Origin: an uncultured Gemmatimonadales bacterium
Lineage (GTDB): Bacteria; Gemmatimonadota; Gemmatimonadetes; Gemmatimonadales; GWC2-71-9
Assembly (NCBI GenBank): GCA_963795085.1
Contig: CAWCFX010000004.1
Coordinates: 288,001 to 352,000 of the forward strand
DNA length: 64,000 nt
Reading direction: 5' to 3'
Part shown: positions 29,891 to 40,246 of the stretch, piece by piece
How positions within the stretch are numbered: position 1 is the stretch's first letter
Layout of the letters: the number at the start of each line of letters is the position of its first letter
Position numbers and translations under genes: made by a program
Notes under the pieces: model-generated
What the model saw: the letters and a program-made list of their open reading frames with translations, nothing else
Databases searched by the model: none
Told to the model about the DNA's origin: nothing

Positions 29891-31064
29891 ATTTTTCTTC
29901 CGCCGCCCGAAGCGCCGCCCCGACCCCGGCCAGGGCGATGATGGCGCCCGCGAGAAAGACGGTACGTTCCCCGGCGACTTCCGCCAGGAACCCCGAGGTC
30001 GTCGGCCCCACGATCCGGGACACCGAGGCGATCCCCTGCAGGGTGCCCAGCGCGGCTCCCTGCCGGTGGGCCGGCGTTATCCTGGATACGAAACCGGTGA
30101 CGCTCGGCATGACGAGGCCGGTACCCAGAGCCATGCAGACCAGCGCCAGCAGGAGGGCCGCCAGCTCGAAGCGGGCCGCCAGGCCGGTGCCCTGGGTCGC
30201 GGGAACCAGCGCCATCCCCACCGCCAGCGAGGTGCCGCCGGCGAGCATCAGGGCCCGCTCCCCGAAGCGCCGCACCAACCCACCGATCAGCCAGCCCTGC
30301 ACCATCACCGATATCAATCCCAGCAGTACGAAGAAATAGGAAGTCGTGCGCTGGTCATACCCCAGGGTGCGGCCAGCGTAGAGGGGGAATACGACGTACA
30401 TCACCGTAAAGCTCAGCACCACCAGGAACATCACCGCGTAGGGCGCGACCAGGAGCCGCCAGGCGGAGGGGGCGAGGGTTCCTGCGTCCGACGGGCGGTG
30501 GACCCGGGTTTCCGGCAGCCGAAACCAGGCCAGGAGAAAACTGGCAAGGGAGATCCCAGCCGCGATGAACCCGGGCGCGCTGGCGCCCCACTGGACGGTG
30601 AGGCCGGCGATCGCCGGGCCCAGCACAAAACCGAGCCCGAACGCGGCGCCAATCAGGCCCATGGCGCGGGACCGGCCCTCGATCGGGGTGATGTCGGCGA
30701 GATAGGCCTGGGCGACGTTGACGGTCGCACCCATGCCGCCGGCCAATACCCTCGACAGCAGCAGGATCCAGAAACTGCCCGCGACCGCAAACAACAGGTA
30801 GCTGAGCGAACTGCCGACCAGCCCGATCAGGATGACCGGGCGGCGGCCCACCCGGTCGCTGAGCCGGCCCCACCAGGGCGCCAGCAGGAACTGCATCAGG
30901 GAAAAGCTGGCGACCACGATGCCGATGGCGGTTTCGCTGGCGTGGAACCGGGCCGCGTAGCCCGGCAGGAGCGGCAGGACAATGCCGAATCCGACCAGGT
31001 CGATGACGACCGTGACGAACAGGGCGCCAACCGCCGAGCCGCTCGGACGGTCAGCGCGCGGCAT
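29889..31064 (-). CDS. MFS drug:H+ antiporter (TetA/DHA1-like)
   Basis: DLVGFGIVLPLLP, WGRLSDRVGRRPV, AFGLGFVLGPAIAG; start at 31064. Confidence 0.9.
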   Translation of the reverse strand: MPRADRPSGSAVGALFVTVVIDLVGFGIVLPLLPGYAARFHASETAIGIVVASFSLMQFLLAPWWGRLSDRVGRRPVILIGLVGSSLSYLLFAVAGSFWILLLSRVLAGGMGATVNVAQAYLADITPIEGRSRAMGLIGAAFGLGFVLGPAIAGLTVQWGASAPGFIAAGISLASFLLAWFRLPETRVHRPSDAGTLAPSAWRLLVAPYAVMFLVVLSFTVMYVVFPLYAGRTLGYDQRTTSYFFVLLGLISVMVQGWLIGGLVRRFGERALMLAGGTSLAVGMALVPATQGTGLAARFELAALLLALVCMALGTGLVMPSVTGFVSRITPAHRQGAALGTLQGIASVSRIVGPTTSGFLAEVAGERTVFLAGAIIALAGVGAALRAAEEK

Positions 31065-32235
31065 CGGGATTCTTGGATGAAAAAAGGCCCGCAATCGCCG
31101 CCGCCACCGAGAGGCCCGCGGCGACGAAGAACGCCGTCTCGAATCCGCCGCGTTCCCCCACAAGGCCGATGAAGAGCGGCCCGATTACCCGGGCAATGGA
31201 GGCCACGCTGTGGAGGGCGCCCAGGGCCCGGCCCTGGTCTTCCCCGGCGGTGTTGCGGGAGACCAGCGCCGCCACCGCGGGCCATGCGAACCCGGTTCCC
31301 GCGGAGAGTGCCACCAGTCCGCCGACGAACAGGGCCCCTTCGGCCGCGGGGCTCCACTGGAGCCATCCGGGGAGCGGTATCGCGGCCAGCCCGGCCGCGA
31401 GCAGGAGGCTGCCCATGATCATCAGGACCCGTTCTCCGACCCGAGGAGCCAGCTTGCCGACCAGCCAGCCCTGCACCACCGCCGACGACACCCCCATCAG
31501 CACGAAAAACATGGAGGTCTCCCGCCGCCCCAGCCCCAGGCTTTGGACCGTAAACAGCGGGAACACCACCGTGATGACGGCGAAGCCGACGACGGATAGC
31601 AGCATGACCGCGTAGGGCGCCGTGACCGACGGCCAGGGCACCGCTCCGCGGGGATTCGCCGGGGTATGGCCCCGGGTCTCCGGGAGATAGCGCCAGCCGA
31701 GAACCAGGCTGAGCAGGCAGAAACCGGCGGCGACCAGGCCGGGAACGGTGGCGCCCGAGTGGCTGGTCAGCGCGGCGATGGCGGGGCCCACGATGAACCC
31801 GACACCAAAAGCGACCCCGATCATGCCCATCGCCCGGGAGCGGTTCGGCGCTGGAGTGATGTCGGCCAGATAAGCCTGGCCGACATTTACGGTGGCGCCG
31901 ATGCCGCCGGCCAGCACCCGGGAGAGCAGCAGCATCCAGTAATCATGGGCCAGCGCGAACAGCACGTAGGATGCGGCACTGGACGCGAGTCCCAGGAGAA
32001 TGACGGGACGGCGACCGATCCGGTCGCTGAGCCGTCCCCACCACGGAGCCACCAGGAACTGAAGGAACGAAAAGCTTGCCACCAGGGCCCCGATCGCCGT
32101 CTCGCTGGTGCTGAACTCGGCGGCATAGGCGGGCAGCAGCGGCAGCACGATCCCGAACCCGATCAGGTCGATCAGGACAATGACAAACAGGATCCGTCCG
32201 GCCAGGGGGCCGGTGCGGGGCTCGCGGGGTTTCAA
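31051..32235 (-). CDS. MFS drug:H+ antiporter (TetA/DHA1-like), paralog of the neighbouring gene
   Basis: DLIGFGIVLPLLP, WGRLSDRIGRRPV, AFGVGFIVGPAIA. Confidence 0.9.
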   Translation of the reverse strand: MKPREPRTGPLAGRILFVIVLIDLIGFGIVLPLLPAYAAEFSTSETAIGALVASFSFLQFLVAPWWGRLSDRIGRRPVILLGLASSAASYVLFALAHDYWMLLLSRVLAGGIGATVNVGQAYLADITPAPNRSRAMGMIGVAFGVGFIVGPAIAALTSHSGATVPGLVAAGFCLLSLVLGWRYLPETRGHTPANPRGAVPWPSVTAPYAVMLLSVVGFAVITVVFPLFTVQSLGLGRRETSMFFVLMGVSSAVVQGWLVGKLAPRVGERVLMIMGSLLLAAGLAAIPLPGWLQWSPAAEGALFVGGLVALSAGTGFAWPAVAALVSRNTAGEDQGRALGALHSVASIARVIGPLFIGLVGERGGFETAFFVAAGLSVAAAIAGLFSSKNPDAAR

Positions 32236-32266
32236 GGGGTGGCTATCTTCAGGAAGGATCCGGCGG

Positions 32267-32530
32267 TCAGTGGCGGTATGGCTTCTCCGGGGGGGCCTCC
32301 GGCGAGGTTCCGCCGCTCACCGCGAGATAGACCGCAGAGCGGCCACAGGCTTTGCAATGGAGGGTGATCCGGCCGGTGTCAGGGCTGTCCGGTTTGGGGT
32401 CACGGCGAGGCACCCGGTCGATCTCGGCGGCCCCGCAACTGGGGCACACCAGAGGTTTGTGGTCGCGGTCGGCCGCGATCAGTGTCAGCGCCTCTGCTGC
32501 CCTGTATTCCTTGATGCCTCGACGTCCCAC
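32267..32530 (-). CDS. Small zinc-ribbon protein (87 aa)
   Basis: CPSCG...CKACG; GTG at 32530 after a purine-rich SD-like tract. Confidence 0.65.
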   Translation of the reverse strand: MGRRGIKEYRAAEALTLIAADRDHKPLVCPSCGAAEIDRVPRRDPKPDSPDTGRITLHCKACGRSAVYLAVSGGTSPEAPPEKPYRH

Positions 32531-32636
32531 GGTACCGCCCCTTCCAGGCGGGCAGTCGCTTGCAGCCGACCCGCCTTGCCTGAATCTACCCGGAGCACGG
32601 CGGCTTCGGCAAATCCTCGGGGGTTGAAACAGAATC

Positions 32637-33041
32637 ATGAGGATCCTCTTGTTCCTGGTAGTTTGCGCAGGCCCGGGGTTGGCCGCGGTAACCATTGACT
32701 CCCGGATCCACACCATCAGGCTCATTGGGAACTCCGAAAACGGAGAGTTCCGTTTCAGCCCGGCCCAGGTAACGGCCAGCCGGGGGGATACGCTGGCCTT
32801 CGTCGCCGCCTCGGGTGGTCCCCATTCCCTTGGTCTCGATCCGGCTGGAGTTCCCCCCGCCGCGCAGGAGGCCTGGAACCAGGCCTTTTCCCGGCGGACT
32901 GGACGGCTGCGCAGCCCTCTCCTCAGGGACGACCAGGCCTACCAGCTCCAGGTCCCTCGCGGCACTCCACCGGGGAAGTACCGGTTCTTCTGCCTGGCCC
33001 ACCGGGCCTACGATATGCGGCTGGAAGTAGAGGTAAAGTAG
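32637..33041 (+). CDS. Secreted cupredoxin (plastocyanin/halocyanin-like)
   Basis: FSPA..GDT, GGPHS and YRFFCLAHRAYDM supply the type-1 copper ligands H, C, H, M. Confidence 0.85.
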   Translation: MRILLFLVVCAGPGLAAVTIDSRIHTIRLIGNSENGEFRFSPAQVTASRGDTLAFVAASGGPHSLGLDPAGVPPAAQEAWNQAFSRRTGRLRSPLLRDDQAYQLQVPRGTPPGKYRFFCLAHRAYDMRLEVEVK

Positions 33042-33110
33042 GCCCCACTGGCCCGCAGGCCCTTCGGCCGGTACATTGGCGGAACCTCATTTATTGAATC
33101 CAAAGGCCTT

Positions 33111-34445
33111 ATGTACAGCATGCGTCCTCTTTTCGTGGCGGGCATGGGTGCCCTGCTGGCGGGGTGTGCCGGCTCGGTCCAGTCTCCGCCGGTGGGACCT
33201 GCCGACGTTGCCGCCCTGGAGGCGGAACGGCAGGAACGGCCCAATGATCCGGCGGTGCTCACCCGCCTGGGGATCGCCTACTACGAGGCCGGGGACCACG
33301 CCCGGTCGCGGGATGTGTTGCGCACCGCGGCGGTGATCGAATCGCAATCCTTTCCCGCGGCCGTCTATCTCGGGCTTGCCTATGAGGAACTGGGAATTCT
33401 CGATTCGGCGCGGGCCAGCTACACCCGGGCCTCGGGGCTCACTCGCTCCTCGCCCCAGCGGGCCGAGATCGGCGACCGCCTCACGCTGCTGACGCGGAAG
33501 GAAATGCAGCAGGATGCCCGGACGGCACTGAGCCAGGAGTCCACGCTGGCGAACACGCCTCCAGTGGAAAACACCATCGCGGTGTTCCCCTTCCGGTACC
33601 GGGGCGCCAACGAAGAACTCCGCCCGTTGGAACGGGGGCTCTCCCACCTGGTCCTGACCGATCTCAGCAAGGTCTCCCGGCTGCGGCTGCTGGAGCGGGA
33701 GCGGGTGCAGTTCCTGCTCGATGAGATGCAACTGGCCGATTCCAACCGGGTCGTGACCTCGACCGGTGCACGGTCGGGACGGATGCTGCGCGCCGCCCGC
33801 GTGGTGCAGGGTTCGCTGCAGGACCAGGCAACCCAGCTCCGGCTCGACGCCAACGTGGTCGATGCCACCAGCTCCACCGTCACCGCCACCGGGGCGGCCA
33901 CCGACCGGCTGCAGCAGCTCTTCGAGGTCGAGAAGCAGGTGGTTCTCCAACTCGTGGAACGGATGGGCATTACCCTGTCCGCGGCCGAGCGCCGCGCGAT
34001 CAGCGAGCGGCCCACCGCCGACCTCCAGGCCTTCCTGGCGTTCAGCCGGGGGCTGGAGGCCGAGGACCGGGGAGACTTCCAGGAAGCGGCGAACCAGTTC
34101 AATGCCGCTCTGCAGCGGGATCCCAATTTCCGGAGCGCGCGGGACAAGCGGGCCCAGAATGTCCGGCTGGCTTCCGCGGTCACGGTGACTGCACCCCAGT
34201 TGGCCGGCATCCAGGAAGGCATAAGCGACCGGCCCGCCCGCCCCGGCAACGAGGCGCCCCGCACGATCACCCTGCGGAATGTCATCAGCGGTTCAGTCCC
34301 CAGTCACGGCGGTCTTATCCAGGCCCAGGTCCCGGGCGGAAGGCCACCGGTCGTCCGGCCGCCGCTGCCTGAGGCGCTGCAGCAGGACGATCCGCGGATT
34401 CCCGGCCTGACCGGTACCGTCATCATTATCATCACGCGCCCATGA
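33111..34445 (+). CDS. TPR + CsgG/TolB-N-like lipoprotein
   Basis: LAGC lipobox; TPR helices; IAVFPF...DLSKVSRLRLLERE...GRMLRAARVVQGS. Confidence 0.75.
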   Translation: MYSMRPLFVAGMGALLAGCAGSVQSPPVGPADVAALEAERQERPNDPAVLTRLGIAYYEAGDHARSRDVLRTAAVIESQSFPAAVYLGLAYEELGILDSARASYTRASGLTRSSPQRAEIGDRLTLLTRKEMQQDARTALSQESTLANTPPVENTIAVFPFRYRGANEELRPLERGLSHLVLTDLSKVSRLRLLERERVQFLLDEMQLADSNRVVTSTGARSGRMLRAARVVQGSLQDQATQLRLDANVVDATSSTVTATGAATDRLQQLFEVEKQVVLQLVERMGITLSAAERRAISERPTADLQAFLAFSRGLEAEDRGDFQEAANQFNAALQRDPNFRSARDKRAQNVRLASAVTVTAPQLAGIQEGISDRPARPGNEAPRTITLRNVISGSVPSHGGLIQAQVPGGRPPVVRPPLPEALQQDDPRIPGLTGTVIIIITRP

Positions 34446-35539
34446 GACCCATCATGCGATCCGCCTTGGTCCTCGTTCCGGTCCTGCTGGCCACTGGCCC
34501 GCTCGCGGCCCAGGAGAACATGGTCAGCAGCCGGTCGGTCATAACCGGCGTGCAGGCGCGGAGCTACTCCATCGAGGACGGCACCGAGACCCGGCAGTTC
34601 GCGTTCCCCATCGCGATCGCGATGCCGGTGACCGACCGGCTGTCGGTCGATATCGGCGCGTATTACGCCAGCACGGAATCCGGAGATCGGACGCTCTCCG
34701 GGATGACCGACACCCAGGTGCGGGGCTCCTACGTGTTCGGCCGGGACGCCCTGGTGGCGACCATCATGGTCAACCTGCCCACCGGCAAGACCCAGGCGTT
34801 CGACCAGACCGCCACCAGCGGTGCCGCGGCCGCGAACTTCCTGTCCTTTCCGGTGAACGCCTATCGCACCGGCACTGCGGTTACCGGGGGACTGGCTGCG
34901 GCCACCGCGCTGGGTTCCTGGAACATCGGCCTGGCGGGAAGTGTCCGGTACAGCGGGGAATACGAGCCCTTCAACGACATCGACACCCGCTATTCCCCGG
35001 GCACCGAAGCCCGCCTCAAGCTGGGGATGGACCGCCTGCTGGGCTCCTCTCGCCTGAACGCCGGATTTACGTTCAGTACCTTTGGCAACGACAATTTCGA
35101 GGACCTCGGTGGCGGTGGGTCGGGGCAGTATCAGCCTGGCAACCGGTTTATCGGGGAATTGTCGCTTGCGTTCCTGGCGGGCAACGGCAGCATCACCGGG
35201 TACGTCTGGGACTATTACCGGGCCAACGCGGGCGGGTCGGCGGCCGCCAACAGCGAGAATATCCTCTCCATCGGGGCGAGCGGCTCCTGGCCCATCGGCG
35301 GCAGCATGCGGCTGGAGCCGTTGGCCGAGGTCCGGTTCTGGTCTCCCGAAAACGGTAACGGAAGGCTGTTTGGCGCGGGTGCCGCCCTCCAGATCCCGGT
35401 CGGCGAGCGGTTTACTCTCTCCCCCTCGGGGCGCTTCGATTTTGGAAGCACCCAGTTTCCTGATCCACCGATCAGCGATGGCAGCAAGCACGACATTACC
35501 GGCTGGGGTTTTTCGGTGCTTCTACGGTATGGTTGGTAG
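34442..35539 (+). CDS. Outer-membrane beta-barrel protein
   Basis: Signal peptide; amphipathic strands; C-terminal ...FSVLLRYGW; ATGA overlap. Confidence 0.75.
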   Translation: MRPIMRSALVLVPVLLATGPLAAQENMVSSRSVITGVQARSYSIEDGTETRQFAFPIAIAMPVTDRLSVDIGAYYASTESGDRTLSGMTDTQVRGSYVFGRDALVATIMVNLPTGKTQAFDQTATSGAAAANFLSFPVNAYRTGTAVTGGLAAATALGSWNIGLAGSVRYSGEYEPFNDIDTRYSPGTEARLKLGMDRLLGSSRLNAGFTFSTFGNDNFEDLGGGGSGQYQPGNRFIGELSLAFLAGNGSITGYVWDYYRANAGGSAAANSENILSIGASGSWPIGGSMRLEPLAEVRFWSPENGNGRLFGAGAALQIPVGERFTLSPSGRFDFGSTQFPDPPISDGSKHDITGWGFSVLLRYGW

Positions 35540-35593
35540 GTCTCGTGTAAGCAGCCATACAATAATGAGTTAGGCCAGCCCTACGGGGCTCTG

Positions 35594-35648
35594 AAGGGGC
35601 CTCCCGGTGGCTCACTCGCTTGACGCCACCGGGGGGCCCTTGTACGTT
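35594..35648 (+). promoter_or_regulatory. Sigma-70 promoter embedded in an inverted repeat
   Basis: TTGACG(35620)-N17-TACGTT(35643); arms AAGGGGCCTCCCGGTGGC (35594-35611) and GCCACCGGGGGGCCCTT (35625-35641). Confidence 0.6.
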
Positions 35649-35736
35649 GCCGCCGGTTCGGGGGGTCCCCCCCGGGACCGGATCCGGCCGCTGTGGCCCC
35701 TCCGGCGGTTAGTGGATGTCCCATGGAGGCAGACCC

Positions 35737-36111
35737 GTGACGGATCTTGGCGGCTCCCAGATTTCGACCCTGCTCGAAACGCTGCCGGGTATTGCCCACG
35801 TTCTGCGCAGCCCGGTGGCCGATGCCCTCGTCAACGTCATCCGGGCAGCGGCCCGGGTGGGGGAATTTTCAGCCTCCGATGCCGAAGAACTGATCAAATA
35901 CGCAACGAGGCGAGGGTTGGTGGCGCAGGATGAGGGGGACAGGGTACTGGCGGAGGTTCACGAGGCCCAGAAGCGGAAGCAGGACAAGGCCGCGGAGCGG
36001 GTCAAGGCCTCGAAGAGCCGGCCCAAGCCCAAGCCGAAACCCAAGCCAACGCCCAAGGCCAAAGTGGTGAGGAAGCCGCCCAAGGCCGCGGCAAAGACCA
36101 AGCGGCGTTAA
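35737..36111 (+). CDS. Small helical protein with a Lys/Pro/Ala-rich histone-like tail
   Basis: GGAGG SD and GTG at 35737; tail KSRPKPKPKPKPTPKAKVVRKPPKAAAKTKRR. Confidence 0.8.
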   Translation: MTDLGGSQISTLLETLPGIAHVLRSPVADALVNVIRAAARVGEFSASDAEELIKYATRRGLVAQDEGDRVLAEVHEAQKRKQDKAAERVKASKSRPKPKPKPKPTPKAKVVRKPPKAAAKTKRR

Positions 36112-36144
36112 AGGGGGGCCCGGGAAGAATTCCCGGGCCCTTTT
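36110..36144. terminator. Intrinsic terminator between convergent genes, probably bidirectional
   Basis: AAA..GGGCCCGGGAA-GAA-TTCCCGGGCCC-TTTT. Confidence 0.8.
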
Positions 36145-37838
36145 CAGGTGCGGAAGTCCGCCACCAGGGCCGTCAGACGATTGGCGCCCGATAACAACTC
36201 GCTCGCCGCCGCCGCCATCTCTTCGGTGGCGGCGTTCTGCTGCTCGGCCGCGGCCGTTACCGATTCACTGGACGCGGCGTGCTCGGAGGCCGCTTGCGCG
36301 GCCTGGGTGGTCGTCGCGGCGAGTTCGTCCACGATGGTCCGGTTGAGCGTAGCTTCCTGCTCTACCTGGGCGGCGGCCATCTGGATCTCCTGCACCGCCT
36401 GGGCGATCTCCTCCAGGCCCCGGGCCGCCGCCTCCGCCACATGCTCAATGCCCTCCACCTTGCCGCTGCCTATCTCCATGGTGGCGGAGGTCTCCCGCAC
36501 CTGGGTGAGCAGGACCTGGACGGTCTTGGTAACGTCCTCGGCGGCGCGAGCGCTGGAGTCGGCGAGGTTGCGGACCTCCTCGGCGACCACCGCGAACCCG
36601 CGCCCCTGTTCCCCCGCGCGAGCCGCTTCGATGGCGGCGTTGAGCGCCAGCAGGTTGGTCTGGGAAGAAATCTGCTTGATGAGGTCGATGAAGGCGGTGA
36701 TCGACGCGGATAACTGGGCCAGCTGCCGGACCTGGGAGGCGGAGGTGCGGACGACCTCGCGGACGTCCAGCAGGGTGCGCCGCGCCGCGTCGACGTCGCC
36801 ACGGTGCTGGGCGGCGACCCTGCGGATATCCTCGCCGACCCGGACCACCCGGCTGGCCGCCTCGCCGGTCGTGACCGAGGCCTGGCGCAGTTCTCCCAGT
36901 GCCTTGCCGGCCTTGTCCATGCCGCGGACCTGGGATTCGGCGCTGGTAGAAACTTTCACCATGGCGGTGGAGATCTCGTGGCCGCTCGCGGCAAGCTCCT
37001 CGCTCATGGCGGAAAACTCCCCGGCGCTGGTTCCGATCTGCTCCGCCTCTCTGATGACTTCCGACACCACGGTGCGGAGCCGGGCGCCGGTGGAGTCGAG
37101 CGTCATCGCCAGCTGGTTGAGTTCGGTGGGCATGTCGCCCAGCTGCACCGGCCGGAGGTCGCCGGCGCCGAACCGTTCGGCGGACCCGACCAGCCGGCGG
37201 AGCGGCACGTTGACCGACTGCCGGGTAATGAAGATGGTCGCCAGGCCGCCGGCGATGATGCAGAGGATGATGAGGCCCAGCACGATCTCGGCCCGGGACG
37301 CCTGGCCTCGCAGCATCTCGGCGCGAGCCATCGCGTCCTTGGCCTGGCCGCTGGTGAGGCCGCGGACCAGGTGAACCAGGCTGTCGGCCGGGACGTGCGC
37401 GGCGCGGGCCTGGGCCAGGGCGGCGTCGGGGCGGCCGACATCGGCCAGCGCGTGAGCCAGCGCGTAGGCGACTTCGATCTCGGCCTGCCGGGTGGCGATC
37501 CGGTTGAGGGTTACCCGTTCGTCGTTGGTCAGGCTCCGGAGATCGCGGAATCGGCGCTGCGCCGCATAGGCGGAATCACCATCGGCGATGAACTCGGACT
37601 TGAGCTCCTCCGACGGGGTGAGCAGGTATTGCTGGGCGGCCCGGATCTCGCCGATGACCGAGGCCACCAGTGCGCTCCCAACGTCGGTCTCCTGGGCGAG
37701 ATTGGTCAGCTCGTCGTCGGCGGAGCGACCCAGCGACTGGATCGAGGAATAGCTGATCCACCCCACGACGAGGACAAGCGCCAGCAACGCGAACATTGCG
37801 ATGCTGATCCGGTTGGTCAGGCCCCTGAAGAAATTCAC
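36144..37838 (-). CDS. Methyl-accepting chemotaxis protein (2 TM, HAMP)
   Basis: [37 protein letters not shown] signalling tip. Confidence 0.95.
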   Translation of the reverse strand: MNFFRGLTNRISIAMFALLALVLVVGWISYSSIQSLGRSADDELTNLAQETDVGSALVASVIGEIRAAQQYLLTPSEELKSEFIADGDSAYAAQRRFRDLRSLTNDERVTLNRIATRQAEIEVAYALAHALADVGRPDAALAQARAAHVPADSLVHLVRGLTSGQAKDAMARAEMLRGQASRAEIVLGLIILCIIAGGLATIFITRQSVNVPLRRLVGSAERFGAGDLRPVQLGDMPTELNQLAMTLDSTGARLRTVVSEVIREAEQIGTSAGEFSAMSEELAASGHEISTAMVKVSTSAESQVRGMDKAGKALGELRQASVTTGEAASRVVRVGEDIRRVAAQHRGDVDAARRTLLDVREVVRTSASQVRQLAQLSASITAFIDLIKQISSQTNLLALNAAIEAARAGEQGRGFAVVAEEVRNLADSSARAAEDVTKTVQVLLTQVRETSATMEIGSGKVEGIEHVAEAAARGLEEIAQAVQEIQMAAAQVEQEATLNRTIVDELAATTTQAAQAASEHAASSESVTAAAEQQNAATEEMAAAASELLSGANRLTALVADFRT

Positions 37839-38950
37839 TGCTCCTCCGCTGGTCTCAGCATGCCATTGCGCACGACACCGATCTGGATGTCGAGTTGGGG
37901 GACATCGCCGTTCTCGTCAAACCCGATGGCGCCGGTCACCCCCTGGAACGCCGGCGTCCCCCGCCCGATGTCGGCGACGGCGTCGCGGAGCGCCCGGCGG
38001 TCCGGCCCGGCCCGGAGCAAGGCATCCCGGAGGAGATAGACGATGTCATACGTGGCGGCCGCGGAGTAATCCACCGGGTTGCCCAGCGGGTGCCGGGCCC
38101 GGTAGGCCTCCAGGAATTTCCGGTTGGCCTCGGTGTTCATGGTGGGCAGGTAGACCGTGCTGGCGTAGATCCCCTCCGTGAAGGCGCCCATGTCCTCCAT
38201 GCCGTCAAAGCCGTCCCCGCCCATGATGGGAAGCCGGATGGCCCGGTCCCGGATCTGCCGTACCACCACGGCACCTTCATCGATGTTGGCGGCGACCACG
38301 ATGAACTCGGCCCCGCTTCGGACGGCGCGGTCGAGGTACGGCCCGACCTGGGGAGCCTCCTCGAGGAAGGGGTCCACGTCGGTCACCGTTCCGCCCAGCC
38401 GGCGAAACTCCTCGCTAAAAGTCCGCCGGATGCCCCGTCCGTAATCGTTGTTCACATAGAGCACCACGCCCCGGCCGAGCCCCAGCGACGTGCGGGCAAA
38501 CCGGGCCAGCGCCCCGCCGTACTGGAGGTCGCTGGGGCAGACGCGGAAAGTGTAGTCACCCGCCAGCGTAATGCTCGGCGACGTGGCCGACTGAGAGATC
38601 TGCAGCACCGGTTCCCGGGGGTCGTTATAGACCGGCGCGGACGCGAGCGTGGTACTGGAGTAGATGTGTCCGATCACGGCGACGACGCCGGAGTCCACCA
38701 GCATGGAGGCAACCCGCACGGCGGAATCGGCGTCGCCGCCATCCTCCAGGACCACCAGCCGGAGGGGCTGACCCCGGATGCCGCCCTGCCGGTTGATCTC
38801 TTCGACCGCGAGTTCCGCGGTGTGCAGCGAAGGGGCGACCGTCGAATCGGCGAGGGGACCGCCGCCCCAGCCGATCAGGATGGGTTCGGCGGCATCGCCG
38901 CACCCGTACAGGGTCGCGACGACCAGCAGCAGGCAGGCGCGCCCAATCAT
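37835..38950 (-). CDS. LivJ-like type I periplasmic binding lipoprotein
   Basis: LYGC lipobox; [44 protein letters not shown]; probable start at 38950. Confidence 0.88.
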   Translation of the reverse strand: MIGRACLLLVVATLYGCGDAAEPILIGWGGGPLADSTVAPSLHTAELAVEEINRQGGIRGQPLRLVVLEDGGDADSAVRVASMLVDSGVVAVIGHIYSSTTLASAPVYNDPREPVLQISQSATSPSITLAGDYTFRVCPSDLQYGGALARFARTSLGLGRGVVLYVNNDYGRGIRRTFSEEFRRLGGTVTDVDPFLEEAPQVGPYLDRAVRSGAEFIVVAANIDEGAVVVRQIRDRAIRLPIMGGDGFDGMEDMGAFTEGIYASTVYLPTMNTEANRKFLEAYRARHPLGNPVDYSAAATYDIVYLLRDALLRAGPDRRALRDAVADIGRGTPAFQGVTGAIGFDENGDVPQLDIQIGVVRNGMLRPAEEQ

Positions 38951-39217
38951 GCGCAGGGACGCACCTGATCCGGGACGCTGATCGATGTAATGGGGCAGAG
39001 TTCTATGATTCAAGGCTACGCGACATGATACGGACGTCCTTGGACTCTCATGGCCGAGGTTCTGGCTGGGTACCCCTGAATCTGAGCCTCATATTTTCTA
39101 TGGGGCGTGGGCCAGCGCGGGGAGAAACCCTTCTGCCGGCGGGTCTTCGTCGTTGCGGAAGTTGGGATGCAAACGTTAGTCATTTTCGACGGTCTGCGCA
39201 ACAAAAAAACGGCCGAA

Positions 39218-39772
39218 CTAGGGCGTGCGGGGCCGCCGCTGGGCGCCCCAGCCGTCGAGGACCCTTCCATCGACCAGGCTTACGGAGGCGGTGGTGCCGC
39301 CCTGCTCGCGGCGCCAGGTCAGCCTGATCATGCGGCCGCGGCGCACCCACTGCATCATGCGCTGGGGCCCCTGGACCTGGGTGGGCACGGCGCCGTAGCG
39401 GCGCTCGAGATCGTGCCGCCACCGCTCCAGTTGCGTGACGGAGCCGGCATGGGTGAAGGTGACGATGCCGGCCACGCTGTCGATGGCGCTGAGCCAGAGT
39501 TCGACGGCATTCCCGGTCACGCTGTCGGTGAAGCGGCCCCGGCAATCCTGGACCGAGCGGTCCTGGCGGGAGCCGACACAGCGGAGAGGGCGGCCTCCCA
39601 TGGTCCGGATCCGGTGGGCCAGGGGGTCGAGGGAAGGGCCCGCGGGAACGTCGTAGAGGGAAAGCGGGGTGGTATCACGCATGACTACCTGCGAGGCGGC
39701 GGCCTGCGGAAACATCGCCAGCGCCAGCAGGAGGGGCGCGACCGCCGCGCCCCGGCGCTGGTGCTGGTTCAC
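39218..39772 (-). CDS. Secreted hypothetical protein
   Basis: Signal-like N-terminus, a Cys pair, coding-like composition; lies downstream of the cold-shock gene. Confidence 0.65.
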   Translation of the reverse strand: MNQHQRRGAAVAPLLLALAMFPQAAASQVVMRDTTPLSLYDVPAGPSLDPLAHRIRTMGGRPLRCVGSRQDRSVQDCRGRFTDSVTGNAVELWLSAIDSVAGIVTFTHAGSVTQLERWRHDLERRYGAVPTQVQGPQRMMQWVRRGRMIRLTWRREQGGTTASVSLVDGRVLDGWGAQRRPRTP

Positions 39773-39807
39773 TGTCGTCGTTTCGGGAGGAAAGTGCGAG
39801 GCGCCGT

Positions 39808-40008
39808 TCAGGCCTTGCGGACGTTGGAGGCCTGGAGGCCCTTGGGTCCTTCAACGATGTCGAATTCCACGCTGTCGCCCTCGGCAAGCGACCGGAATCC
39901 TTCGGCCACGATCGCGGTGTGATGCACGAACACGTCCTTGCCGCCATCCTGCGCGATGAAGCCAAACCCCTTGGCATCGTTGAACCACTTCACTGTGCCC
40001 TTCGCCAT
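39808..40008 (-). CDS. Cold-shock protein (CspA family)
   Basis: [30 protein letters not shown]. Confidence 0.97.
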   Translation of the reverse strand: MAKGTVKWFNDAKGFGFIAQDGGKDVFVHHTAIVAEGFRSLAEGDSVEFDIVEGPKGLQASNVRKA

Positions 40009-40072
40009 CGCAAGACCTCTTCGGAAGGGGAGCGCCAGGCTCCGGAATTGCCTAGCCATCGTCGGCTAGCAG

Positions 40073-40106
40073 AAAAAAAGCCGGCCGGAGGGGAACTCCG
40101 GGCGGC
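40073..40106 (-). terminator. Terminator-like hairpin upstream of the csp gene (possible attenuator)
   Basis: GCCGCCCGGAG-TTCCC-CTCCGGCCGGC-T7 on the minus strand, about 65 nt upstream of the ATG. Confidence 0.6.
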
Positions 40107-40246
40107 CACTTACTGCCTAAGCGGAATACATCGGGAAAACACCGAGCCATACGGCGGACATGGTTGAAAACTCTGATTTGCCAGGAGTTTTGTCAATACT
40201 GGGGCCGGTTTAGATTAATGGCTTCCGCCCATAACCCGAGGGATCC

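Noticed and set aside
36018..36057. CCCAAG-type hexamer repeat
   Set aside because: It simply encodes the Pro-Lys tail of the 35737-36111 protein.
39016..39270. Short ORFs between the LivJ-like gene and the secreted protein
   Set aside because: No SD, atypical codon usage and no motif; more likely a promoter region.
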